A stretch of 64,000 nucleotides of DNA. Origin: Tubulanus polymorphus (taxonomy: Eukaryota; Animalia; Nemertea). The translations under genes and the position numbers were made by a program. Below, piece after piece: positions 40,963-51,602 of this stretch (position 1 is its first letter; the number at the start of each line of letters is the position of its first letter). The notes under the pieces were generated by a model that did not search any database, had not been told where the DNA came from, and saw only the letters and a list, made by a program, of their open reading frames with translations. The stretch is taken from assembly GCF_964204645.1 (NCBI RefSeq), contig NC_134032.1, forward strand, positions 1,358,316-1,422,315, written 5' to 3'.

Positions 40963-41695
40963 TAGTTCATCTCACCGCGTACAGGTGGAGCTAGTGTCTG
41001 CGACCTGCTCATGATAGTTCATCTCACCGCGTACAGGTGGAGCCAGTCTCTACAGGATGCTGGTTATTGTTCATCTCGGCTATCGTCTGCTGGATGCTCA
41101 TAATAGTTCATCTCACCGCGTACAGGTGGAGATAGTGTCTGCGACCGGCTCATATTAGTTCATCTCGCCGTGTACAGGTGGAGCTAGTGTCTGCTGGATG
41201 CTCATAGTTCATCTCGCTGTGTACAGGTGGAGCCAGTGTCTGTGACTTGCTCATAATAGTTCATCTCGCCGTGTACAGGTGGAGCTAGTGTCTGTGACTT
41301 GCTCATAATAGTTCATCTCGCCGTGTACAGGTGGAGCTAGTGTCTGCTGGATGCTCATAGTTCATCTCGCCGTGTACAGGTGGAGATAGTGTCTGCGACC
41401 GGCTCATAATAGTTCATCTCGCCGTGTACAGGTGGAGCTAGTGTCTGCTGGATGCTCATAGTTCATCTCGCTGTGTACAGGTAGAGCCAGTGTCTGCGAC
41501 CTGCTCATAATAGTTCATCTCGCCGTGTACAGGTGGAGCTAGTGTCTGCGACCTGCTCATAATAGTTCATCTCGCCGTGTACAGGTGGAGCTAGTGTCTG
41601 CTGGATGCTCATAGTTCATCTCGCCGTGTACAGGTGGAGCTAGTGTCTGCTGGATGCTCATAGTTCATCTCGTTGTGTACAGGTGGAGCTAGTGA
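40963..41695. repeat. 49-52-bp minisatellite carrying GTACAGGTGGAGCTAGTG (about 14 copies)
   Basis: Direct reading of the units. Confidence 0.92.
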
Positions 41696-43042
41696 CTCTA
41701 AAGCAGTTGAAGGACGGCCGCTTACGTTCCCCCTATGATGTCACGGGGGTGTTTCGGATTCGCAGCCAATAGGTTTAAACTTTCATTACATATAAACAGA
41801 TATATATATACATTCCTATCAATTTTATTTGTTAAATTCTTCGCTTTTGATAAATTATTTATCATTGATTATTATAATTATAATTACTATTATTAATGGT
41901 TTAATTTTATCATTATCTACGCATACGAAAAGACCCACGAATAAAACTGAATTGAGATTGATTCTACTAACTGTACTGGCGCTGGGCAGCACTTTGTCTC
42001 TCGACGTTTTAATTCACGTCGCCGAGACTGTCTGCCGACGGGTTAATTATTTTTTTTTTTGGGGATCCCGGTTTTAATGAGGGTTGATTCCGACCGAAAC
42101 GATGAAATTTAGACTGGCGTAAATCTGTAAATAGCGCGTCGGGGCTAGATTCGTAATCGATCTCCGCGACTGACAAACAAACTTCCAAGCAATATATAAA
42201 ATAGATGCATTTATCCTAAACGTATGATGAAAACGATGATGATGATGAAAATGTCTCGGTTTCCTGTCTATATTTTGCCCATCTGAGAATTCGACGAATT
42301 TCAAAACTTTTTGAAATCGTCCGCCAAATTAAACGTTTTTTAATACATTCCATTTTTATCCGATGTAAATTTGCTAAACTTATTCAGTATTCGAAGCCAA
42401 ATTCAGTCTGATGTTTTTACTGCCCCCCGTGCGCGTGTGTTAGGAGTCATTTTTAGATGATTTCCTCAAATTTCATTATGGTGATGTCGATAAAATCGAA
42501 ATGAAATTTCCACTCAAATCCAAACTTACTCTATTATCGTCTCGCGAGCCTGATTTTTAATAAGCTTTAAAATTAAGAAAAATCGAATTTGATAACGTCT
42601 CATTAAACGGTGTCTCATTGATTAGCGGCTCATTAATTAGGAAGTTAATTAATCGCTTGCGATCGTGCGGCATTATGGTTTTTAAAACTTGATGAATAAA
42701 AAAAAAAACTGTTTTACGCGGTATTTTATCGTTTACGTCGAATGATTGTATCATGAAGATTTCTGTGTTTTCAATTGAAATATAAATCGATTATGATTAT
42801 AATGATTATTATGATTATTATTATTATTATTATTGATATTAGATGTGCTATCACCAGTAATTATTCCACCTTCGTTTTATATAAGTTATTATTATTACAT
42901 TTACTATATTTCGCTTATTTCTAATGCATTAAACATTCCATTTAAACGTTTCAATATTTCCACATATTTCGGGGTGGATTGAAAAGAAAAAAAAATCGAA
43001 ATTTTAACGAAACTGCGAAAGAATGCAGTTTGATGCTGGTAT

Positions 43043-43580
43043 AAATCTGCTGTCTGTACCCTGAACACCTCAGACAATCTGCTGTCTGTACACTGAACAC
43101 CTCAGACAATCTGCTGTCTGTACCGGGCACCACCTCAGACAATCTGCTGTCTGTACCCTGAACACCTCAGACAATCTGCTGTCTGTACCCTGAACACCTC
43201 AGACAATCTGCTGTCTGTACCCTGAACACCTCAGACAATCTGCTGTCTGTACCCTGCACCACCTCAGACAATCTGCTGTCTGTACCCTGAACCACCTCAG
43301 TCAATCTGCTGTCTGTACCCTGAACACCTCAGACAATCTGCTGTCTGTACCCTGCACCACCTCAGACAATCTGCTGTCTGTACCCTGAACACCTCAGACA
43401 ATCTGCTGTCTGTACCCTGAACACCTCAGACAATCTGCTGTCTGTACCCGGCCCCACCTCGGACAATCTGCTGTCTGTACCCTGAACACCTCAGACAATC
43501 TGCTGTCTGTACCCTGCGCCACCTCAGACAATCTGCTGTCTGTACCCTGAACACCTCAGACAATCTGCTGTCTGTACACT
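43043..43580. repeat. 32-bp minisatellite, about 17 copies
   Basis: Unit AATCTGCTGTCTGTACCCTGAACACCTCAGAC. Confidence 0.95.
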
Positions 43581-44466
43581 GTTATGTATCCACTGTCTGT
43601 AAACCCTATCTGTAAACCATCACTAACCAAGTAGGCCAATTCATTCACTGTTCATCCATTCTTTTATGGATGGATGGATACAGGTCTGCATGCATCTGTA
43701 GCCCAAAATTTGGTGCCATTTGGCTGCTGATGTCAAAATCAATACCGGTACTTTTTAACAAAGTTTTTCAAGCTGAATTTGAAGACGCTTTCATCAATCG
43801 CATTGATAATCAATGATACATGTACCAATATCTACCCGAGTAGCATCTGCAACCTTAAGGTAACGCAATCAGTATCAAGATGTCCTAGTAACAGCCTTTG
43901 TTGGTCACCAAAACCGGCGCTTAATTCGTAAGTTTTATCGCAGACGCTTCGATGAATTGTCTTGAGGTTTGGTTACAGATATCATCACGAGATAAATTTG
44001 ATCGGACGAAAGCTGAACGTCCTGCGATCTTTTTCAAAAATCGCCATTTTAAGTGTGGATTCCCTCTCGATGGTTCGCCGTATGGCAGTCAGATTTATAC
44101 CTGCGTTAACTAATACGTGATCTCCTCCTCGGGCGCCGTTTCAATCGGGAGGTGGTTCACCGTGTTTTCGACCGTTTGGACTGAATTTTTCTCCGATTTT
44201 GATTTTCTGGTTGATTTCATCGTCGTCTCGATTTTGAATTTAATTTTTCCAAATGAATTCGTAAGATCGCTATATTTGCACCGAACTCGCTGTACTATTG
44301 TTAAAAACACACAGATTATTTTAGATTCAATAAGATAAAGATATATATGAATATATATATATATATATATATATTAACACTAAATCTATGTATACAAATA
44401 ATTGTTTTGTACAAATATCGTTTTTTGTACATATTTTCTGGAGATGAAGAAAAGGAAAAAATGAAA

Positions 44467-44472
44467 AATAAA
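44467..44472 (+). terminator. Candidate poly(A) signal of isoform A
   Basis: AATAAA preceded by several TGTA elements and followed by T/GT-rich sequence. Other AATAAA at 41940 and 42695 are alternatives. Confidence 0.45.
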
Positions 44473-44959
44473 CTATTGTCAATGACACCAATTTTAAAAC
44501 GCTGCGTATTTCAGTTTATTTACTTGGGATATTGGTTCGTTTACTCTGTTTCACTGACCCAGTTTCACTGACCCAGTTTCGCCCGTTCGAATGACCCAGT
44601 TTCGTCCTGTTTGACCCAGTTCTAAACCTTGGTTTCTACGAACAGGTTATTATTGTCTTTAATTCAATTGAAGAAAAAACCCTTCCTCGCTGATCGACTC
44701 GTGCTCCGGCTATCGTCGATTTCTACCTCCCCCTGGTGACACCCGTGTTAACTAATCCATTACCAGAAACATTCGAGGGCAGTTAGTTATTCCAAGCCTT
44801 GTGAATATTGTCCATCGAGGCATCTTTTATGGATAAGGACACATAATATTCGACAGGTTTTTAGTGCGGAACATTAAATTTTTGGCAAGTATTCGGTGAA
44901 TTTTGTTCCGTCAAAAATGTTCTCTAAATATTGTCTGTTTTTTTTTTTCATAATTCCAG

Positions 44960-45065
44960 TGACCAGACGATCACGTGGACAGATCACGCGGTACGCTGTG
45001 CTGTGATTGGTCTACTGAAAGAGACTAGTCAAACAATCCTTGCTTCCCAGTGTCCACTTTCTCAG
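44960..45065 (+). CDS. Cassette B exon 1: first half of a SATB-like CUTL domain
   Basis: Acceptor taattccag, donor CAG|gtaaat (phase 2 to 0). (S)DQTITWTDHAVRCAVIGLLKETSQTILASQCPLSQ. Entry phase matches the donor at 32017. Confidence 0.9.
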
Positions 45066-45095
45066 GTAAATGTGTAAATCTTTAATGTTTCTTCA

Positions 45096-45384
45096 TTAAC
45101 CCTTTCAGTGCTGACTTATTAATACCCTTTAGTGCTAGAGATAATTTTTAAATTTTAAAAAATTCCACCCTAGTGTGTTGAATAACGGGAATACCATTAT
45201 AGTGCGTCTACACTGCGGCGCGGTGTATCGTTAGTTACTAGTATTTCACTATGTTTGTCAGGTGCTGCCATTTTTCAAGAGAGATAATTACTAATAACAT
45301 CAATACACCGCAGTGTGGTGTACTAGCAAAATCCATCACTGATTTACACACCGCACTGCAGTGTAGACGCACTGAAAGGGTTAA
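45096..45384 (+). mobile_element. piggyBac-like MITE, copy 5
   Basis: Same TIRs, TTAA on both sides. Confidence 0.9.
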
Positions 45385-45748
45385 TCGAACTTGATTAAAA
45401 GACCTACCCCTTTTTCAAAAGCTGGTTAGTTAGCCCTAAGGGGAGGGGATCCAGGGTCCAATTTCAACTACCTCAACAAAAATGGGCGCTTTGAAATTAA
45501 GGCGCATCATAGGAATCAACCCCAATTCACAGTGCGAACAATTTTCGACTATCTATGATGATATTTTTGCAAGAACCTGACTACTGTGTTCAAAGTGGTT
45601 TGAATTATGTTCAGCCTTTCTTCAAGAAGGGTATATCAGATTATTGGGATGCCTCGTGAGGCATGTGGGTTGGGGGGGACCCTGGATCCACCTGGTTTTA
45701 TTCGTCATACGTTTCAACTAATTTCTACATGTATTTATTTTCCGCTAG

Positions 45749-45845
45749 TCTCTGATATCGAACATCGCGAATTTGAAATATTCCGCGAAAATCAGCCGTG
45801 AAAAATGTCGGGAATTCGGCGTGTGGTACGACAAATACCGCCGAG
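45749..45845 (+). CDS. Cassette B exon 2: second half of the SATB-like CUTL domain
   Basis: Acceptor ttttccgctag, donor CGAG|gtgagt (phase 0 to 1). SLISNIANLKYSAKISREKCREFGVWYDKYRR. Confidence 0.9.
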
Positions 45846-45865
45846 GTGAGTCATTTCCGGTTCTG

Positions 45866-46003
45866 GGGCCGGTTCCATAGTCAAGACTTAAGACCAAAAG
45901 TGGTCTTAAATCTTAAGACTGGTCTTAAGTTGTTAGATTGGTTATGGAACTAAGATGGTCGTAAATTGGTCTTAAGTCTAAGCCATGACTATCGAACTGG
46001 GAC
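45866..46003. mobile_element. CTTAAGAC-family MITE with CTG target duplication (others at 37719 partial and 59514-59651)
   Basis: ctg-GGGCCGGTTCCATAGTC...GACTATCGAACTGGGAC-ctg. Confidence 0.75.
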
Positions 46004-46252
46004 CTGGTCTCTCAGAATTTATATACAGTTAACACCCAGTTGGTGGTCGCATATTCTACTTCGGGTAGGCGCTAATTTAGATAATACGTTATTAAGATTA
46101 TTAGGAGAATGAACCAGGAAAATTACTTATCAACTAATTAACTCATTTAGTTACTGATTTGCTTTAAAATCTAAATTTGCAAATGGCGTTGATTAAGGCG
46201 ATCATTATGCGAGGTGTTACTAAAGTTTTGGTTTCCTGTTGTTCTATCTCAG

Positions 46253-46397
46253 AGAAGTTTTCCAATGAGACGGCAGGAGGCGCCACTGAAGGGGCTGTTA
46301 AAGATACGAGGCTGACGTTCCACCCGAAATATGAATTACCGATCATGAGGAAATGGTACAGCGAGTGTAATAACCCGACAGATCGGTTACTGGAGCG
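46253..46397 (+). CDS. Cassette B exon 3: N-terminal half of homeodomain B1
   Basis: Acceptor tctatctcag, donor GAGCG|gtgagt (phase 1 to 2). ...KDTRLTFHPKYELPIMRKWYSECNNPTDRLLE. Confidence 0.88.
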
Positions 46398-46548
46398 GTG
46401 AGTATCGTCAGTGAGGGAGGGTTCTATCGTCAACTCTTCAGCGGGTTGGCAGCCTGTGGCAGCCTTGTGTGGCAGCCTGTGGCAGCCTTGTGTGGCAGCC
46501 TGTTGCAGCCCTGTGTTTGTAGTAACAACAGGCAGTAAGGTTCTGTGT

Positions 46549-47259
46549 AGAGAGAATCCAACAATAATAAGGAAAAAAAAGTGCGAAAATGTTTCCTTGA
46601 GCTAGTGTAGTTTATTCAGCGTTTTGACTATATCCTTATAGTCATCTTCAGGAATACTGTATTCCTTGAGCTAGTGTAGTTTATTCAGCGTTTTGACTTT
46701 ATCCTAATAATCATCTTCAGGAATACTGTATTCCTTGAGCTAGTGTAGTTTATTCAACGTTTCGACTATATCCTAATAGTCATCTTCAGGAATACTGTAT
46801 TCCTTGAGCTAGTGTAGTTTATTCAACGTTTCGACTTTATCCTAATAGTCATCCTCAGGAATACTGTATTCCTTGAGCTAGTGTAGTTTATTCAACGTTT
46901 CGACTATATCCTAATACGTTGAATAAACTACACTAGCTCAAGGAATACAGTATTCCTGAAGATGATCGGATATAGTCGAAACGTTGAATAAACTACACTA
47001 GCTCAAGGAATACAGTATTCCTGAAGATAACTATTAGGATATAGTCGAAACGTTGAATAAACTAAACTAGCTCAAGGAATACAGTATTCCTGAAGATAAC
47101 TATTAGGATATAGTCGAAACGTTGAATAAACTAAACTAGCTCAAGGAATACAGTATTCCTGAAGATGACTATTAGGATATAGTCGAAACGTTGAATAAAC
47201 TAAACTAGCTTCAGTTACATTTTCGGACTTATTTTCGTTATTATCGTGGGATTCTCTCT
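46549..47259. mobile_element. Penelope-like fold-back element with tandem 69-bp minimal hammerhead ribozyme units on both arms
   Basis: Outer inverted repeats (46549-46592 / 47217-47259). About 4.7 units on the - strand (46593-46915) and about 4 units on the + strand (46916-47210). Confidence 0.8.
47154..47197 (+). ncRNA. Minimal type I hammerhead ribozyme (best-preserved sense unit)
   Basis: TATTC-CTGAAGA-T-GACTAT(taggat)ATAGTC-GAAA-CG-T-T-GAATA: stem I, catalytic core, stem II and a palindromic ACGT stem III. Confidence 0.75.
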
Positions 47260-47328
47260 GCATCGCTTCAACACGGATCCAGAGTGTTTTATCAATCGTG
47301 AGTAAGGTTGTGTATGATTATATTGTAG

Positions 47329-47489
47329 TTATGTGACGGAACTGAATGAAAGCGCGACGCGACACGACCGCGCTCAGCTGACCGTACACAATCTGAGAAA
47401 CTGGTGGAAAAACGAGCGACAACGAGAGAAAAAACACGGACCGCGGACTATGAAATTCCAGGAGCCGAGGCCGTGTTTTACTTACTACG
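47329..47489 (+). CDS. Cassette B exon 4: C-terminal half of homeodomain B1
   Basis: Acceptor tattgtag, donor TACG|gtgagc (phase 2 to 1). (R)YVTELNESATRHDRAQLTVHNLRNWWKNERQREKK... Confidence 0.88.
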
Positions 47490-47643
47490 GTGAGCAGCCT
47501 ATTTACCCCTCGTCCCGTATGAGCTTTTTCCCACTCTACAGTCAACAGATATCAACTTATTTTCTCATAAGTTCTCGGTATTTGGATGGGGGAGCAAGGA
47601 TGTGTTGTTTTGTGTCTGGCGTAGAAAGGTCATCATCTTAAAA

Positions 47644-47933
47644 CCCTTTGAGTACTGACTAATTAATACCCTATAGTGCTGGAGATAATTTGAAAATTCT
47701 GAAAAATTCCACCCTAGTGTGTTGAATAACGGGAATACCACTATAGTGCGTCTACACCACGGCGCGGTGTATCATTAGTTACTAATATTTCACTGTTCGA
47801 CAGGTGCTGCCATCTTTCAATGGAGATAATTAGTAATTACTAATTAAATCAATACACCGCAGTGCGGTGTACTAGCAAAATCCATCACTGATTTATACAC
47901 CACACTGCGGTGTAGACGCACTGAAAGGGTTAA
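47644..47933 (+). mobile_element. piggyBac-like MITE, copy 6
   Basis: Slightly mutated left TIR, intact right TIR plus TTAA. Confidence 0.88.
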
Positions 47934-48806
47934 AACGAAACCTCAAAACATATCTTTTTACTAGGAAAGCTTTTACCATTGAATAATGTCTCTTACAGTG
48001 TTAGTTTTCATGTTCTTGTATTGCAATGGTATTTTTAATGATTTTATAATTTCATGTATATTTCTAATCAAAAGTAGGAAAACGAAAGTATTATATGTTT
48101 GGGTCCTGTGATAAATTCTGTTAAAAGTTCGTCGCGCCCTCTGGTGGGATAACTTGGTCTCGATCTCGATGAGTAACGCCAACGGCAACCAATTGTGGCT
48201 TTTTGTTAGCAGGGGATAGAGGGTTAACTGAACTTAGATAAACTGGAGCCGCTGTTTGAAGGCTTCAGTCGACAGAGCGTTTTATCACTTCCTCGGAGAG
48301 ATGGTTCCAGTCAATGGTAGTCCGCACAAAGAATTAGTTCGAATATTCAGGGTCCAGTTCCACGGTTCTGAGTTAAGATTTGACTCTGAGTTAACTCAAT
48401 GAAAATGAACTAACTTTAACTCAGAGTTAACTCTAACTCACAACTGTGGAACTGGGTCCCGAGTTCAGAGTTAACTCTAACTCACAACTGTGGAACTGGG
48501 TCCAGGGGTTTTGGTATTCGGTACCACTAAACAGTTACTGTTATTCCGCACATTACGTGTAATCGGGTTTAAACTTACTAAGTCTGGATTGAATTTAGGC
48601 TTGACGAGTCGTTTTGCCCTAGGCCAGTTGTAAATAGTCTGTGTTGCGGGTCCACTTTGTATTCGATATTTGGTAAATGAGAAAATAGACAAGTTGGGAT
48701 TCGAGACGCGTCGGTGCATGAAGCGTTGAATAAATAAGGGCGGCTCCGAGTTTTACGCAATGGTTACCTTGATGAATAAAGAATTTCGAAATTTATTTTC
48801 TTGCAG

Positions 48807-49540
48807 ATGAAACGGCGGCGAACCCGGCCTCCGGTAAAGTACATATAACATTCGATACAGTGCACGAGATACCTCTACTACGTCACTGGTACACGAGTAA
48901 TAAAAAACCATCTAACGAGTTACTGCAGCACTACGCGAACACGTTAAACCACAGTCCGGTCAGAGACGGAAAACCGAAAGTGAATTATCATAAACTACGT
49001 AACTGGTGGAATAACGAAAAACAACGCGAGCGCAAATCCGAACAGCATCAGCTGCCGAGACGCGGTCCCGGTCGACCTCCCAAATACCCGGCTTTAAACG
49101 AGCAAGCTAAAACAACCGATAACAGCGCCGCTACCGCGACTAGCGGCGCCGAACCGTACTATAAGAGACAGAGAACTAGCGATCATCATCAGCAGGGCGA
49201 GAGGCCGGTGTCTCAGAACGAGCAGCCGCCTGTCGCGCCGTCCTCTCCGCCGTTACAGTTGACTAATCTGGTGAACTCGCCGAGTCGCGCGTCTGGAATC
49301 CAGCGCTCGAGTCCGATCTCCCAATCTCTGAACTTTCATCACCACGGTTTAGATTTACTGGCCGAATCTCAGTTCTACGGGGGACACGCGCCCGGCGCTA
49401 TGATGTTTACGGCGTATCAGCCGAGCTCGTCGACGCCACTATTCCCGTCGCCGAGCCCGTATCGACCGCTGTCGCTGAGTAACGCTCGCGAAAGCCCGTC
49501 TGAACGATCATCGCAACATAGTAACAAGGACAACACGTAA
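48807..49540 (+). CDS. Cassette B terminal exon: homeodomain B2, AT-hook and Ser/Pro-rich tail (isoform B = 587 aa from ATG 25840)
   Basis: Acceptor ttttcttgcag, phase 1. KVHITFDTVHEIPLLRHWY...KLRNWWNNEKQRERK, then RRGPGRPPK; TAA at 49538-49540. Isoform exon sum is 1764 nt, a multiple of 3. Confidence 0.9.
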
Positions 49541-51005
49541 ATTACGTGAACTAGATGAACATCGCAAATTGAAGAGAAACCGACGATTATGAAGAAAATG
49601 TTAAAGAGCATGAATAGTGACGTCCCGATTCTTAATTCTTAACTATTAAGTAAGAATCGGTTTTTCGACTGGGTTTTATATAAACTGATTGGAACAGTAG
49701 AATGTGGAGTTGTTGGACAATCTGCGTCCTGGGTCCAGTTCCACAGTTCCGAGTTAAGATTTGACCCCGGGTTGAAACATTGAAAATGAACTAACTTTAA
49801 CTCAGAGTTAACTCTAACTCACAACTGTGGAACTGGATCCTGAGTTAAGATTTTGACTCTGAGTTAAAACATTGAAAATGAACTAACTTTAACTCAGAGT
49901 TAACTCTAACTCACAACTGTGGAACTGGATCCCGAGTTCAGAGTTAACTCTAACTCACAACTGTGGAACTGGGACCTGTAGTTTAAGAACGATTCGATGT
50001 CCTGCCCCCAAACTCATCTATCTCGTTAATAATACTGTAACCGGTAACGCAAGTTTACCTTTAATGTCATTATCCTTGTTTTATATCGTTAAAAACCTCT
50101 CTCGCGTTCGATCATGGCTCATAAAATTCAGTTCTCTTATTTTTTGTTCAAATGTGGGTTTTATCTTCAATTGCGGCTAACTGGTCGATATAAACCAGAT
50201 CACACGAATCTCAAGACATTTCCAAATGCGAAATTTGTACGACGTATTTTATTTTTACTTTGAGTAAACTGTAGGTTTCTGTGAGATGTTCGGTAAAAAC
50301 TTGGAACTTCAGTCGGAAAAGTTCAGACCGACGAAAAAACGTCCGAAAAGTTCGACCGAGAATGAGTTGGATTTAAGTAAGACGCGTCGTAGCTCTGGGA
50401 TTAGCTGTTATAAAGAAAACTAACGAACCGGACTAGTCCAACTTTCCGACTAGTCCAACTCACAGCGATCCGACTTGCAGTGGTTTTAATATATTTTATT
50501 TTGATGTAAATACATGTAGTTTTATGTACGACGACGCGCGCATGCGCAGTTGAATATTTATTTCAGTGTTTGTACTGCGAATATATTTCACATCGCAGAA
50601 CATCTTGAAATGGGCGGACTGATTTCTGATTTGCTTGTCAGACATCGCGCGTGGACGCTGGACAACTCATTGCTAACTGTTGAACGTGTTAATATGGGGT
50701 ATGATGGGATGTAGTCTGATTCAGGGAGGGGTGCTACGACCGACCCTCCACTCGGATCCGGCCCTAGCCCTCGCTATATCGATATACTGCGTTCTGTAAA
50801 ACAAATTCGCGACCTTTGTGTTTCAATAATTGATGTTTGTATTATATATATATATTACTTTGTTTTGGATGTTCTGAATCGGTGTTAGAAATTTCTGTGA
50901 AATCAAATATCTAACTATTGATGAAATCTGTTCAAATCTTTATCTGTAGCCGAATCAATATTACCAATTAAAGTTTGTTCGATTTTTCCCGTGATTTTGT
51001 AATTG

Positions 51006-51021
51006 AATAAAAGCATTTATT
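51006..51021. terminator. Back-to-back poly(A) signals for isoform B (+) and the Ig gene (-)
   Basis: AATAAAagcaTTTATT: AATAAA on + at 51006-51011 and on - at 51016-51021. Confidence 0.55.
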
Positions 51022-51119
51022 ATCGATGATATAGTTCATTATTGTTCATTATCAGTTTTGTCTCGTGAAGAGGCGCTGTTGTAGTTTAGTTCGTCGTTTT
51101 GCCGCGTTAGGGCGCTGCT

Positions 51120-51214
51120 CTATCCGATAGTGACGAGGACTGACGCTAGGAAACTCCACATTGTGACGGTCACCGCACAAGATAAACCAACAGCTGCAAC
51201 ATATAAGTGAATAC
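51120..51214 (-). CDS. Ig-superfamily gene exon 9: hydrophobic C-terminus (GPI-anchor signal-like). Full model 401 aa, IgLON/Lachesin/DIP-like architecture
   Basis: Acceptor gtttttaaag, phase 1. (G)IHLYVAAVGLSCAVTVTMWSFLASVLVTIG*, with AATAAA about 100 nt downstream. The nine exons sum to 1206 nt. Confidence 0.7.
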
Positions 51215-51478
51215 CTTTAAAAACTGAACTAAGTTATAATTGATGCCTTAAGAAATTACTTAATATTATTGACAACAATCAACCCAACTGCATTGATAGG
51301 ATACAAGGAACATTAAGCGAGTATGATTCCAGGAGTCATTGGCATGGTGGACCACTGTTAACACTGGCCTCATATTCGGACCTCGCTGGTCACGTTTTGG
51401 TGGCGAGTTTGTAACGATTTGTACTGTAACAAAACTCTGCCCCCTCCCTCCCTGTAGGAGTCAAAATGTATAACTAAC

Positions 51479-51602
51479 CTGACGCCTTCAGTTGAATTTC
51501 CCCTATCTTAAAGTCGTTGCACCCGATAGCGCGGTAGTAGCCAACCATCGTGTCCTTGAACTCCGTGACCTTCAATTCGGAGGTCACTTCATCGCCAACT
51601 AC
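51479..51602 (-). CDS. Ig-superfamily gene exon 8: second half of Ig3
   Basis: Acceptor ttctctccctacag, donor G|gttagt (phase 0 to 1). VVGDEVTSELKVTEFKDTMVGYYRAIGCNDF... Confidence 0.82.

Noticed and set aside
40388-44959. Separate gene start for cassette B
   Set aside because: No ATG exon or second ULD was found in this AT-rich, repeat-filled interval.
38462-49540. Single protein with four homeodomains (A joined to B)
   Set aside because: Cassette A ends in TGA followed by a long UTR-like region and I found no convincing phase-2 donor near its end; B fits the ULD donor directly. Not formally excluded without transcripts.
51270-51423. Possible extra minus-strand terminal exon of the Ig gene
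   Set aside because: Needs a 55-nt intron and gives no recognisable motif; splicing to 51214 gives a better GPI-type tail.
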